This document shows positions 38,944 to 50,400 of a stretch of DNA of 64,000 nucleotides, piece by piece (positions within the stretch are counted from its first letter, which is position 1; each line of letters opens with the position of its first letter). Below the pieces are notes generated by a model. The model saw only the letters and a list, made by a program, of their open reading frames with translations, did not search any database and was not told where the DNA came from. Origin of the DNA: a virus; the IMG/VR virus record IMGVR_UViG_3300024344_003321, positions 33,425 to 97,424 of that record. One strand, 5' to 3'. The position numbers and the translations under genes were made by a program.

Positions 38944-39099
38944 ATGCCAAAAGTTGACATCCGAGATTTAGAAATGTATGATGAATCAGATGATTGCATT
39001 AAATTTGAAAAGATGAGAAAAAATAATAAACACAAAAAGGAACAGAATGATGAGAAAAAATCAATTAAAACTAAAAAAAAACCTGATAAAATTATATAG
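38944..39099 (+). CDS. Small charged hypothetical protein (51 aa, not in the ORF track)
   Basis: AGGAGG RBS; MPKVDIRDLEMYDE...KKPDKII. Confidence 0.6.
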   Translation: MPKVDIRDLEMYDESDDCIKFEKMRKNNKHKKEQNDEKKSIKTKKKPDKII

Positions 39100-39499
39100 T
39101 TGTATATTTATATATATACTATGTATTGGGTGTAATAATACTTTAATATGTGAATCCGATTGTTACTTGGAATTAGATGTACCATTAGCACATAACAACG
39201 GGTTTTATCACATAGAATTATTGAGTAATTATACACAAACATTTGCTACAATTGAAGCAAATACAGGTTCAGTTGGTTATAACGAAAAGGTTGCGTGGAT
39301 GTCTAATAAAGAAGTATATATCCAAGGTGAGTGGACGAATATAGTAAATAAAAATTCATATACAGATGAAATGGGTGTTGCAAAAACTGTGATAAGTATT
39401 TGGAATGAATTTGTAGGTGATACGATTATAGTTTATTCTGGGTATATTGACCAATGTGAAATACATCATACTGATTCGTTGAAAATTATAGTAAATTAG
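39047..39499 (+). CDS. Putative lipoprotein with Ig-like domain
   Basis: Hydrophobic stretch ending CIGC; SYTDEMGVA Big-1-like turn; start uncertain. Confidence 0.5.
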   Translation: MMRKNQLKLKKNLIKLYSCIFIYILCIGCNNTLICESDCYLELDVPLAHNNGFYHIELLSNYTQTFATIEANTGSVGYNEKVAWMSNKEVYIQGEWTNIVNKNSYTDEMGVAKTVISIWNEFVGDTIIVYSGYIDQCEIHHTDSLKIIVN

Positions 39500-39501
39500 G
39501 A

Positions 39502-39714
39502 GTGATAATGGAAGATAAATATGGGACATATATTCAAAAATTGATGTCAATTATTTTAGATGACAGCCAAGAGTATTTTGTAAGAAATATGGCTTGGAAA
39601 GATTTAAAATTTATAGGAGATGGATTAATGAGTTTTTTAAATAAAACTCAAATGAGTGATACATCTAAGAATGAAGAAAAACAAAAACACAAGCAGCAAT
39701 TGTTGTTTGATTAG
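39502..39714 (+). CDS. Hypothetical protein
   Basis: AGGAG RBS; ends QQLLFD. Confidence 0.6.
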   Translation: MIMEDKYGTYIQKLMSIILDDSQEYFVRNMAWKDLKFIGDGLMSFLNKTQMSDTSKNEEKQKHKQQLLFD

Positions 39715-39723
39715 GAGGTTACG

Positions 39724-39957
39724 ATGGTAATAGACAATGAAGGATTAGAAGTAGTTAATTATAAATTAAAGAATGCGTTAGAATCTGTTTATGATAAAAT
39801 AGATAAAGCTGGGAACGGCGGCATCGTTGATGAGGAATTTGATTTTATTTACAAATTGCTTGGTCAAATGGAAAATGAATGGTCACATGATGTAACCAAT
39901 GTTCCGTCTATGCCCGATGAATTAACCATTGATGGTAGAATTTACGCGAGGAGATAA
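39724..39957 (+). CDS. Hypothetical protein
   Basis: AGGAGG RBS; packed ORF. Confidence 0.6.
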   Translation: MVIDNEGLEVVNYKLKNALESVYDKIDKAGNGGIVDEEFDFIYKLLGQMENEWSHDVTNVPSMPDELTIDGRIYARR

Positions 39958-39959
39958 AT

Positions 39960-40184
39960 ATGAATGATTCCGTAGAAGATTTTTATAACCCACCATCAGC
40001 TGGGACAGAGTTTGAACAACTATATTTTTCAGAAATTGAAAATGATGATTTATTTTGGTTAAATACAATGCATAGTGATTCTAATGCACCACATAAAAAA
40101 ATTGAGGATAACAAGGGTGTTAATATGAGAACAGGTGATATTTCAGTGTTCAAACAAAATACTCATGTTTACCAAAAAAATTAA
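39960..40184 (+). CDS. Hypothetical protein
   Basis: GAGGAG RBS; packed ORF. Confidence 0.6.
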   Translation: MNDSVEDFYNPPSAGTEFEQLYFSEIENDDLFWLNTMHSDSNAPHKKIEDNKGVNMRTGDISVFKQNTHVYQKN

Positions 40185-40185
40185 T

Positions 40186-40689
40186 GTGAGTGGATTTAAT
40201 AAACCATTAAAATTACCTGGTAAACGGCGAATATTAACAAAGAAAATGATTGAGGATTCTCAATCACAATCAAAGTCAGCTGCAGGGGCAGCTCGATGGT
40301 TAGAAGTTTCTTATAATACTTATAAGAAATGGGCTAAATACTATGGTGTATTTGAACAACATAAAAACCCAAAAGGTTTTGGTATCAAAAAAGGTTGGGC
40401 TACTCATAAAATACCTTTAGAGAGGTTATTTTCAGGTGGCCCTATCCCAAGGAATTGGTCCAGAGCAGTCATAAAAAAACGATTAATCAATGAGGGATAT
40501 TTGGAAGAAGAATGTGCTCAATGTGGATATAATGAAACGAATTTAAATACAGATTTAATTTGTTTAGCGATTGATTTTATAGATGGTGATACTAAAAATT
40601 GGTCACAAGATAATATACGATTATTATGCCCTAATTGTCATTATTCATTTAATGCATTCTTTAATAAATCAAAAGTATTTTGTAAATAG
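40186..40689 (+). CDS. HTH plus degenerate HNH zinc-finger protein
   Basis: AARWLEVSYNTYKK HTH; CAQC...DFIDGD..N...NIRLLCPNCH; GTG start assumed. Confidence 0.7.
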   Translation: MSGFNKPLKLPGKRRILTKKMIEDSQSQSKSAAGAARWLEVSYNTYKKWAKYYGVFEQHKNPKGFGIKKGWATHKIPLERLFSGGPIPRNWSRAVIKKRLINEGYLEEECAQCGYNETNLNTDLICLAIDFIDGDTKNWSQDNIRLLCPNCHYSFNAFFNKSKVFCK

Positions 40690-40697
40690 GAGACGAT

Positions 40698-40844
40698 ATG
40701 GCACAATCAAACGAAGGTAAAAGAGTTAAAAAAACTAAACAAGGTAATGGTATAAACACCAAACGAAGTCACAAAGGTGGTGGGCCAAATGGTTCAACTA
40801 AGGGTAAGTATTATAAAAAACAAAACCGTGGACAGGGTAAGTGA
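40698..40844 (+). CDS. Small basic Gly/Lys-rich peptide (48 aa, not in the ORF track)
   Basis: AGGAG RBS; MAQSNEGKRVKK...YKKQNRGQGK. Confidence 0.65.
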   Translation: MAQSNEGKRVKKTKQGNGINTKRSHKGGGPNGSTKGKYYKKQNRGQGK

Positions 40845-41035
40845 CGATGATTGAGATGTTGAAAATAGGCCAAAAAGTTATTATACAGAAAGATATACCG
40901 TCCGTGGATGGTATGTTATATAAAGATACTGAGGTTACAATAGATGAAGTTGCATTCCCAGATAAGGATTTACGAGTCAAAGATGATTTGGGAAAAATAT
41001 GGTATATAAATCTATCTGATATACAAATGAGTTGA
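40841..41035 (+). CDS. Small SH3-like beta-barrel hypothetical protein
   Basis: KIGQKV..., LRVKDDLGKIWYI. Confidence 0.55.
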   Translation: MTMIEMLKIGQKVIIQKDIPSVDGMLYKDTEVTIDEVAFPDKDLRVKDDLGKIWYINLSDIQMS

Positions 41036-41050
41036 ATTGGGATAATATAA

Positions 41051-44000
41051 ATGGCATCCAGGGGTAAATATTTAATTATATTAGCTGATTTGAGTTGGTT
41101 TTATACTTTGATTGAAGAGCATAAACCACCACGCAGTTATATATTAAAAAATGAATGGGACGAATATGTGTCATCGTGTACAGATACAGATGATTGTGGG
41201 AAATTCATGGAACCTACATGGTATCACAATTGTGTGTGTGAAAATGCTAATGGGTGCTGCGAATCTCCTGGGTGCACCGATGAGATGTGGCAACAAGGAA
41301 TGACCCCAGAGTGGATTTGTGAAAATCCCCATGACTTCATGGAGTGGGAAACTGCTAATTTTATAAAATTTAAAAGAACACACGGTTATGAAGTTGAAGT
41401 AGCATATTTAAGAAATAATTATAATGTTTCTATACCAAGTGGTGAGCCTGAAACTAGCCATATAACAGCATTAGATTGGAGTGAGCACTGCAATGATTCT
41501 CCATTTGTCGTTGATGGTCAGGAATGCAACCCTGTATCTGCTGTAATGGAATATTTTTCAGAAAACCCTGATTTAAAATTTGTTTTATTGGTGGGAACAG
41601 TTAGCCACGGTGCTGTCAGAAAAGAAGGGCAGATAGGGGCCATACCTCATGAGGACATATGGCTTACTCCATATGTAGGTATAGAAAGTGGTCAAACGGC
41701 ACCAACTGACGAGGCACGACACAACATGACAGACCAAGATTATTATATAGAAAAACATATAAATCCGGGTTATGGAATCGATTTTGACGCATGTGATATG
41801 AGGGGGGATTATTTCAGTAAAAACCCAAGTTATTCAGTTGGGAGATGGAGTGTTGTAGGTACAGAACCTCTGCGGCGCATGAAATTAAAAACGATTCAAT
41901 ATACAAGACTCGAAATAGTTGATAAATATTACAGAACATTAAGCAGAATAGTGAATAGTGTGGGGGTGGGTAGTGACACATTCTCCGCTATCTCACCCGA
42001 AAATGATTGCATACCAGGGAAAAAATATTTAGATAGAGTTCAACTTCTGGCGTCCACAGCTCATGCGAGTTCAGCGGGCAGGAATATGATTTATATTGGA
42101 GAAAAATTGTATGAGAGTGGAGTATGGGACACTTATACATGCGACCAAACAAGTGACGCTAAAGAAAATATTCAATATAATATGGGGGACTTATCACTTA
42201 AACTACCATTTTCCAGTACTATGAATCCAGCAATCGGAGCCCATTATCTGTATTGGCCATCCCATTTTTGGTTTTACAGAGGTTGGTCAGGTAGTGATGG
42301 TTTTTCAGAACCGTACTGGAGGTCAAACGATATTTGTAGTGAATCTGAAGATTTTAAATATGCTTATGATGGTATGGATGGTGCCCAATCTGGTATTCCT
42401 ATAGAGGCAGGCAATTTTCGACTATATTGCACTAATAATGGAGTACTTACCGATGTCAATGGTATCAGCTCCAGTGTAGCAAATCCGTGGATGCCAACCA
42501 TAAACTTTTTTTGTACTTGTGACTTGGGGGATTCAGATTCTTGGGGGTGGTGGGTTGACAACTGGTTAAACTTAGGGCATCCTACATTGGCTGGAAGTTT
42601 AATCACTGGACCAGATGGTGATGACATGTTCAATTACATTAACCCAGCTGGGGCAGTGGCTCACATAGGTCCTAGTGATTTTCATTTAAGAACAAGATAT
42701 AACAATCCACTTTGCGATGGGTTTGCTAATGCTATATTAGATAATAATATTGAATTTATCGGTGAAGTTATTAATTATGGTAAGAGGCAGTTATTCGAGA
42801 TTTATAATTCCATTGTAATAGACTCTGATATAATTATTGGTGGTTATAATGCAGTCAAGTGTTACGATGCTTGGTATAATTTATTTGGCGACCCAGGTCT
42901 CCCAATATGGAGAGTTCAACCTGATATTATTACAGAACCAAATGATTTCATATTAGATAATAATGAAACTCCAATTACAAATTTATTATCAGCTCAAACT
43001 ACAATAAATGCTACCCCTTTGATGACTTCGAGTTTCAGGATTAAACCAACTGGTGAAGATGTTGATGAAATAGTACATGGCACATATGCAACAATAATGT
43101 ATGCTGACCAATTAATAGATACAGTTTTTGCAGATGAGGGAAGTGGTTTATTACACTTCGATTTAATTAACTATACAGAGTGGCAAAACAATAATGAATA
43201 TTGTAATCAATATTTAGAAGTTCCTGAAGTTGAGGGTGGACCATATTGTGATGCAGTTGATGGGTGTGCATATTCTACATCATTCCCTCCAAGTGAAACT
43301 GACGGTTGTAAGCCTGTATTTGATGTTTGGATAAATAAATTTACACTACCTCAATATGAACAAAAGCATGTACAGATACTAATAGATTATATTTATGTAC
43401 AGGGCTGCACAGACGAATTAGACCAAAATTATAATCCTGACGCTGTGGTTTACAGCTCTGAATTTTGTAGTAACATGAGTATATATGAAAATAGTATAGT
43501 CATTACAGAAATTAATGATAGGTATGTAGGAACTGAATTTATTGAAATATTTAATAATAGTAATAGTCCCATAAATCTTGGTGGATTTAGAATTTATGCA
43601 ATTGGATTTACTAATACTGATGAGATGCCAAATATAACCATACCCCCACATGAATTCATAGTATTGGGTAGTCCCGAGTCAACTATTCAGTTAGATTTAT
43701 TTAATGACCATTTAGTTTCAGGTGTCAATCTATTCAGGTGGCCTGAAGGAAACTCTATATGGAACCAAGGTGAATTAATAAGAATTACAGACCCAAATAA
43801 TAATGAAGTTGATTCTGTTGATACGAGTTTATTATTAGAGTGGCACGCATCACCACAGAATTCGTCATGGGAATTAACTACATTAACACAGGAAAATGGT
43901 GGAAATGCATACCCTGACCATTGGATTGAAAGTGAGTTTTTTGGTGGTACACCTGGTAAACGGTATTTAGATTGGCGAGAAAATGCATGGAACCATATGC

Positions 44001-44209
44001 TAACTGAGTGTAGAGGCATAGCACAATGTCATGACCAGTCACCTACTATATGTCAATTGATTTGGGAAAGCAGTGATGGTATATGTATGCCGCAGTATGA
44101 TGCTGATGAAGTTTTTTCGTGTGTACGAGTTCTTGAACTTCAACCCTTGGTTTGTGAATATTGGGTAATTGAGTTTGGTGTTTGTTTGGAGGGGTGTGAA
44201 CTTGGATAG
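41051..44209 (+). CDS. Gingipain (peptidase C25)-like protein with a GCTD repeat and a lamin-tail domain
   Basis: KYLII, K...GYEV, FVLLVG, VGRW, YRG, CTC, GAVAHIG, YNLFGDP; LTD motifs IVITEIN, EFIEIFN, INLGGF, GTPG. Confidence 0.75.
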   Translation: MASRGKYLIILADLSWFYTLIEEHKPPRSYILKNEWDEYVSSCTDTDDCGKFMEPTWYHNCVCENANGCCESPGCTDEMWQQGMTPEWICENPHDFMEWETANFIKFKRTHGYEVEVAYLRNNYNVSIPSGEPETSHITALDWSEHCNDSPFVVDGQECNPVSAVMEYFSENPDLKFVLLVGTVSHGAVRKEGQIGAIPHEDIWLTPYVGIESGQTAPTDEARHNMTDQDYYIEKHINPGYGIDFDACDMRGDYFSKNPSYSVGRWSVVGTEPLRRMKLKTIQYTRLEIVDKYYRTLSRIVNSVGVGSDTFSAISPENDCIPGKKYLDRVQLLASTAHASSAGRNMIYIGEKLYESGVWDTYTCDQTSDAKENIQYNMGDLSLKLPFSSTMNPAIGAHYLYWPSHFWFYRGWSGSDGFSEPYWRSNDICSESEDFKYAYDGMDGAQSGIPIEAGNFRLYCTNNGVLTDVNGISSSVANPWMPTINFFCTCDLGDSDSWGWWVDNWLNLGHPTLAGSLITGPDGDDMFNYINPAGAVAHIGPSDFHLRTRYNNPLCDGFANAILDNNIEFIGEVINYGKRQLFEIYNSIVIDSDIIIGGYNAVKCYDAWYNLFGDPGLPIWRVQPDIITEPNDFILDNNETPITNLLSAQTTINATPLMTSSFRIKPTGEDVDEIVHGTYATIMYADQLIDTVFADEGSGLLHFDLINYTEWQNNNEYCNQYLEVPEVEGGPYCDAVDGCAYSTSFPPSETDGCKPVFDVWINKFTLPQYEQKHVQILIDYIYVQGCTDELDQNYNPDAVVYSSEFCSNMSIYENSIVITEINDRYVGTEFIEIFNNSNSPINLGGFRIYAIGFTNTDEMPNITIPPHEFIVLGSPESTIQLDLFNDHLVSGVNLFRWPEGNSIWNQGELIRITDPNNNEVDSVDTSLLLEWHASPQNSSWELTTLTQENGGNAYPDHWIESEFFGGTPGKRYLDWRENAWNHMLTECRGIAQCHDQSPTICQLIWESSDGICMPQYDADEVFSCVRVLELQPLVCEYWVIEFGVCLEGCELG

Positions 44210-44369
44210 GAGCGGTTTAACAAAAGAACAACAGCAAGAACTATTTAAAATAACAGAAGAAATTTTAAATGCAGCCGAAAATGTGGTTGATGATTATAAT
44301 ACACACCCATCTGAAGCCAGTGGTAGTATAATACAAATTCATCAAAATTCTCCCCTTTTAAATAATTAA
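44169..44369 (+). CDS. Hypothetical protein
   Basis: Short ORF between the two large genes; start uncertain. Confidence 0.4.
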   Translation: MSLVFVWRGVNLDRSGLTKEQQQELFKITEEILNAAENVVDDYNTHPSEASGSIIQIHQNSPLLNN

Positions 44370-44403
44370 TAGTATATTTTTTTATATTTATATTTGATGA
44401 TGA

Positions 44404-44411
44404 TATAAATA
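44404..44411 (+). promoter_or_regulatory. T4-type late promoter consensus TATAAATA
   Basis: Exact match in an AT-rich gap upstream of the GGAGA RBS and TTG start of the giant gene. Confidence 0.4.
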
Positions 44412-44430
44412 TTTATAGGAGATAGTTACA

Positions 44431-47400
44431 TTGGCAATAACATTCCAGCAACCTGATATAATATATGGATTACTATACCCTGATGCAAATCAAAGCGCTC
44501 AACCATTTGGTGGTGCAAACGAAGCGCAAATTAATAATACTGCAAATGAGATTTGTAATGGTCTTGGCTATGATTTATATGAGTATGAAACTATCGATAC
44601 GCAAAGTAGTTTATACTCTGGTGTAAATCAAGATAATGTATGGATACGGAGTTGGAGTACAAATAACGATACATGGGTTGGGCAAAACGGGATTGGTACA
44701 AGTCAAAGCCCCGGGTGTGAATTGGGCCAATTATGTTCGCACCTATTCGCTAGTTTAACATGTTATAATGAAAGTGAAGTTCCTCCTGAACCAATACTCG
44801 GTTGCACAGATTTAACAGCAGATAATTATAACCCACTTGCTACAGAAGATGATGGTAGTTGTGACTTTTCTAGCGGATTTTCTATTACATATTATAGTGG
44901 TATGTGTAGGTACTGTACATTACTACCTAGCTTATCAGGTAATGTTATTGGGAGTGGCATGACACCCGAAGAATGTTGCACGGCCGCTTTTGGAATGAAT
45001 ACTGCAACCCTAAGTTCGGACTGTAATTCTGGGTCATGGCTTGGATATTATTGTTCGTGGACAAGTATCGTATCAGGTTGTATGGATGTTAATGCTTGTA
45101 ATTACAATTCTGAGGCAACAGAAGATGATAATAGTTGCCTATATGGAATTGATGAATGTGGTGTATGTGGAGGTGATAATTCAACTTGTGCTGATTGTGC
45201 AGGTGTTCCGTACGGGAGTTCATCATTAGATGACTGTGGTGTATGTGATGGTGGTAACGATTCTATGGATGAATGTGGAGTATGTAATGGTGATAATTCA
45301 AGTTGTATGGGTTGTACAGAACCATCTGCGTATAACTATGACCCTTATGCAATAATAGATGATGGTTCATGTTATGCTGATAAATGGGGTTGTATAGATA
45401 CGAACGCGTTAAATTATGATGCTGCTGCTACATATCAAACTTCATTTGAATTTCCAAGAACTGCTGATGCTGGACATTATCAGCGATATGAATATATTAT
45501 CAATGATACACCATGTATATACTCGAATAGTAGTCATTCAATCGGTATGACGGACCCACAAACAACAACGGTGCCCGATATATCATCTCTATATATAACA
45601 AATAGAAATGTTAATATTCAGTTTCAATCAGATGAAAGTCCAGTTTATGAGGAATGGAATGGTATTGATTTATACTTCCCAACATGTCATGTAGGCTATA
45701 GTAATTGTATAAACAGTTTTGGTTACACTAAATCTCAAGCAGTACCATATAAACTAGCATGGGATAACGGTGATAATACATGGTTTGGACACGGGGCAGC
45801 AAATAGTTATTGCCAACAATTGGGTTTACCAGCAAAATGGGACGAAGGTGAAGTAAGTAATCAAACATACGATTTTGGTTTAATTCATTACGATTATGAA
45901 AATGACCAATTGTCATTCGATAATCTTATGGGCATGCACGGGTATCGAGGGTTGTATGATGGTGTTGGGTGCCAAGGTCCTGTTACTGCTAACTCACCAT
46001 GGTGTGATGCCTGGGTTTATTACGCAAGGACAATAGAATGCTTTATATCAGTACCGGGTTGTACAGACCCAACGGCTGATAATTATGACGATACAGCAAA
46101 TTATGATGATGGTTCATGCCAATGGGTGGGTTGTTCGGATTTAGTTGCCGAAAATCATTATTGTGAATCATATGCACCAACTATTTTATATTCTTCACCA
46201 TATATTTGCACAAAGTGGTTTAGTAATAACGAATTTAATCTTAGGACATTCCCATCAAGCTCACCGACTGGTGCATGGTATTCTACTGAATTAAACAAAC
46301 CACATATATTAAATGATACGAATACTAACCAAGAAGTTTTATATTTACCTGGCACCATAAAATTTACAGGAAATTCTTCATTTTATAGTTTAGATTCTAA
46401 TTTAAATGACGATGGTTCATGTGAGTATATAGTGGGTTGTACTGACATTGAGGCAGCAAATTATAATTCCGAAACGACTATGGTATGCGATGGTGAAAAT
46501 CACAATATATCTACTATTGGAGTCGATGACTGCACAGCACCGGGTGTTAACTGCTGTTGTATATATGATACTGACGCTCCAATTGGTAGTATTGACTTAT
46601 ATTATGACGGCGAAATACAAGTATCACCTCAGAATAATATTAATGTTTATGATATTCAAGTTTGGAATGATGATGAACCACAATTAATGTTAATGATAGG
46701 AGCTACGGATGACTTTGAAGGTGATATTTCATTTACGGGTACACTAACTGAATCTGCAATAAATACTATTCCAGGTGGTGATACGGGTAACCTTAATATA
46801 TACGGTAATCTTGCTGCATCAAATATAATCACAACATCTAATTTTTCAGGGACACTTGATAATGGTTCTGCTGCTATAAATATTTTTCCGTATATATCTG
46901 TTGATAAATATACTATCCCAGGTGACTATGGGGTTATAATTAATGTACAAGTTTCAGATAATTTTAATAATGTATTATCTATGCAACAGGAAGTGACATT
47001 TTCAATATTATCGCCAAGAAAATTAGTATGTATGTATAATACGACTTTACCAGACACCTCGGAGACATTATATTGGTATCAAGGTATTTATACAGCAGAT
47101 GGTGATAGATTAAACGATTGTGGTAATAATAGTAAATGTAAAAATTCTTGGGATGGCCACAGCCACACTGGCTCAGGTGGGTGGCAATATAGCCAAAATA
47201 ATCTAACATGGGTTAATTCAAACTACACATTACCATTACCGACTGATTATGATTCTTGTAATACTTTTTGTTTTTTCTTTTACGGTAGGTATTGTGATAT
47301 TATTGCTCCAAATCAAATGTGCGGTGTTTCTTTTGCTGGACAGCAATGGACAGATAAATTAAATGAACTTAATGGGGGTGCAAACTCACCATTTTATGTT

Positions 47401-50400
47401 CCAAATGCATATTCATATTCGAGTGGTTTAGATAGTGGGTTTACACATGAATTTTGTCAAAATGTATTAGGGTATGATTCATATATTAGTGACACATTAA
47501 TTGACGATAATCTATCGCATTCGGGGTGGACAAGTAATTTAGCGACAGTCACTGGAGGTACTTGGGGTAATTCAACGAATATGTTACCATATTATGAGGG
47601 TATGGATAGCTGTGTAAGTGGGTTCATGAGTTCTCAGCAAACATGGAGCTGGGCTGTTACATTTGAATGTACTCGTGATGAAAATATTCAGTTAGGTTGT
47701 ACGAATATATTATCTCCAAATTATAATATTAATGCAGCAATAGATGATGGTAGTTGTCAAATTGAAGGGTGTTTAGACCCCCAATCATGTAATTATAAAC
47801 GAGAGGTAACAATACATAACCAAGATTTATGTAGATATCCAATCCATGAAAAATTATTTACTGTGGGTTATAATTCAGAAAATATCAATTCATTCACTAA
47901 TTTACCAGAATGGGTTCCAATACAAGAAATAGTTACACTTGGGGAATATGACACTAATGAGTTGTATTGTTGTGATAATAATACTGATAATATGGAAGGT
48001 AGGATGGATGATTCCTCTATAATATTATGTTGTAGGGATTCTAACAATAATGGTATATGTGACCCATTAATTGTACCATCTACTCCAGGTTCAGATAATT
48101 GGAGGTCAAATATAAGACCTGCATGCTTTAGTTGTGAAACTCTAAATACAGATGGTAATACATGGCTCCCATTAGAATATTCAACTATTGAAATATCTGG
48201 GTGTACAGATTATTTGGCTGTAAATTATATGTCATCTGCTACAATTGAGGGTGGTACTTGTTATTATGAAGGTTGTATGGATGATACTGCATGTACATAT
48301 TTTTGTGACTTAAATCCAGATACTTATCCATGCCAAGGTAGTGAAATGCACGGGTATGAATATAATATTTCTCATGTAGTGAATAACCCTACTATGTGTA
48401 AATACAAAGGAATTTCAGAAGATTATCCTTGTTCATGTGATATGTCGGATGTACCCGTGGTATATTACAGTGATTCGGATAATGATGGGATTGGGTGTTG
48501 TGATGACTCAATATTAGCTTGTTCAGCAGATAAACCTATAAAATTCGTTACTACTTGTGATGAAAGTAGCTCTAGCTGCACATGTTTTGGTATTGTCGAT
48601 GATTGTGGTGTATGTGATGGTAACAATGAATGCATAGGATGTACAGATGTTGGAGAGTATGATTTTGAATGGTTTAATACTACCATCGTATCTGATTTTG
48701 GAACTTATAGTCAATTGACAGGTTACCCCTTTTATCCACCGGCACAATTCCCCGCGGGTGATTATGATTATTTAGATAATACGGCAGGTGCAAATAATGC
48801 ACTTCTATCTTCTGCAAACATAATAACTATTGATGATGGTTCATGTGATTATTGTAGATTTGGGTTAAAAGATGTATCGTGGTATATTAATAGCGATTCT
48901 GGTCAATTAGATTGTTTAAATGACAGTTCATGTTATAGTGAAACTCCAACGGGTTACAATCGCATAAATTATACATGTGATATTGGGTTTCCTTTTAATG
49001 TAGATAATATATATTCGGGGACTGTGATATATAGTGATGGTCAAATTATTGAGGGTGGTTCTCTTGATGCAAGCACGCCAAGGAAATGTTGCGAACGAGC
49101 AACAAATTTGTTGGCGGAAAGTATGGGTAATTCTTATAGTTTAGGTTCAACTCCACATTTACAGGGTTATATTAAATCCTCTGCTGGATTAAATGGTAGA
49201 GTAGGTCAATTTTGTTGTGGAGATGTAGAGGGTGCAAACACTGGAATTGGTGGGTGTACTGATAATCATGCTGATAATTTTAATCCTAATGCTATACACG
49301 ATAACGGGTTATGTATTTATTATGGGTGTAACAATCCGATTGCAGATAATTATAATGAAGATGCTACTCATGATGATGGGACTTGTATTTATACAGGTTG
49401 TATGGAACAAGAATTTTGTAACTATGACCCGATTTATAATAAACCGTGTAAAAAATGTTGTATTTCACCAAATCCAAATGGTTGTGGTGATGGTATTATT
49501 CCTGGATGTGATAGCGACGGGACAATAGGCCCACCTAAAGTTGCGTATTATCAAGATACAGATGGTGATTGTTATTGGAATACACTTGATAATAGTATAA
49601 ATGGTACTCCGATTTTATGTGATGAAGTATGCCCAGGTGATGTTGTTCCAACTTATAATGGATTCGATTGTGTTTTAATATCAAATGGTTGTGGTCCAGA
49701 TTTATACCCAGATGTTCCTGTAGGTGAAGAAATATTTGGTTGTATGGATAACACTGCTTGGAATTATAATGCTTTAGCCAACGCAGATAGTGGAGATTGT
49801 ATATATACCCATTCGGGTGTCGGTGAAGAGTGTATTTGTAATGATGCACCTGATATTGATATTGAATTTTATTATTTTGGGTCAGACACAGCCGACCCAT
49901 GGGTTCATTGTACTGGCTGGGGTGGCACAGGTGATTCTCTGGGTTGGGTACCACCTGTATATTCGTATGATATAAGTGATATGCCACTAACAAATGTTGG
50001 TTATATAAATACTGCAGAAAGTTGTTGTGCATACCAATATGGTGGTAATGAGTTTTATTATAATGCAGTAGTACAATCACCATTCAGATATTGTTGTTGT
50101 TTTAACACTTTAACGGGGTGCACAGATACTGTTGCTTCAAATTATAATCCATATGCTCAAGAGGATGATAATAGTTGCGAATATCATATATGGGTAGATG
50201 TTGCAACAACAATTGGTGGTCAAGGGGCCCCACCTGATTTTGATTGGGATGGCTCAAAGAATTGTAATGATTTATGTGTATTGTATGGTGCTATCAATGG
50301 AGTTGAATCAACTTGTTCAAATCAAGGGTGTGCAGGATTCCATGATAATGTAGCTTTAGATGAAGATTACTCGGAAGTGGTTATGGGTGATGTTTGGCAA

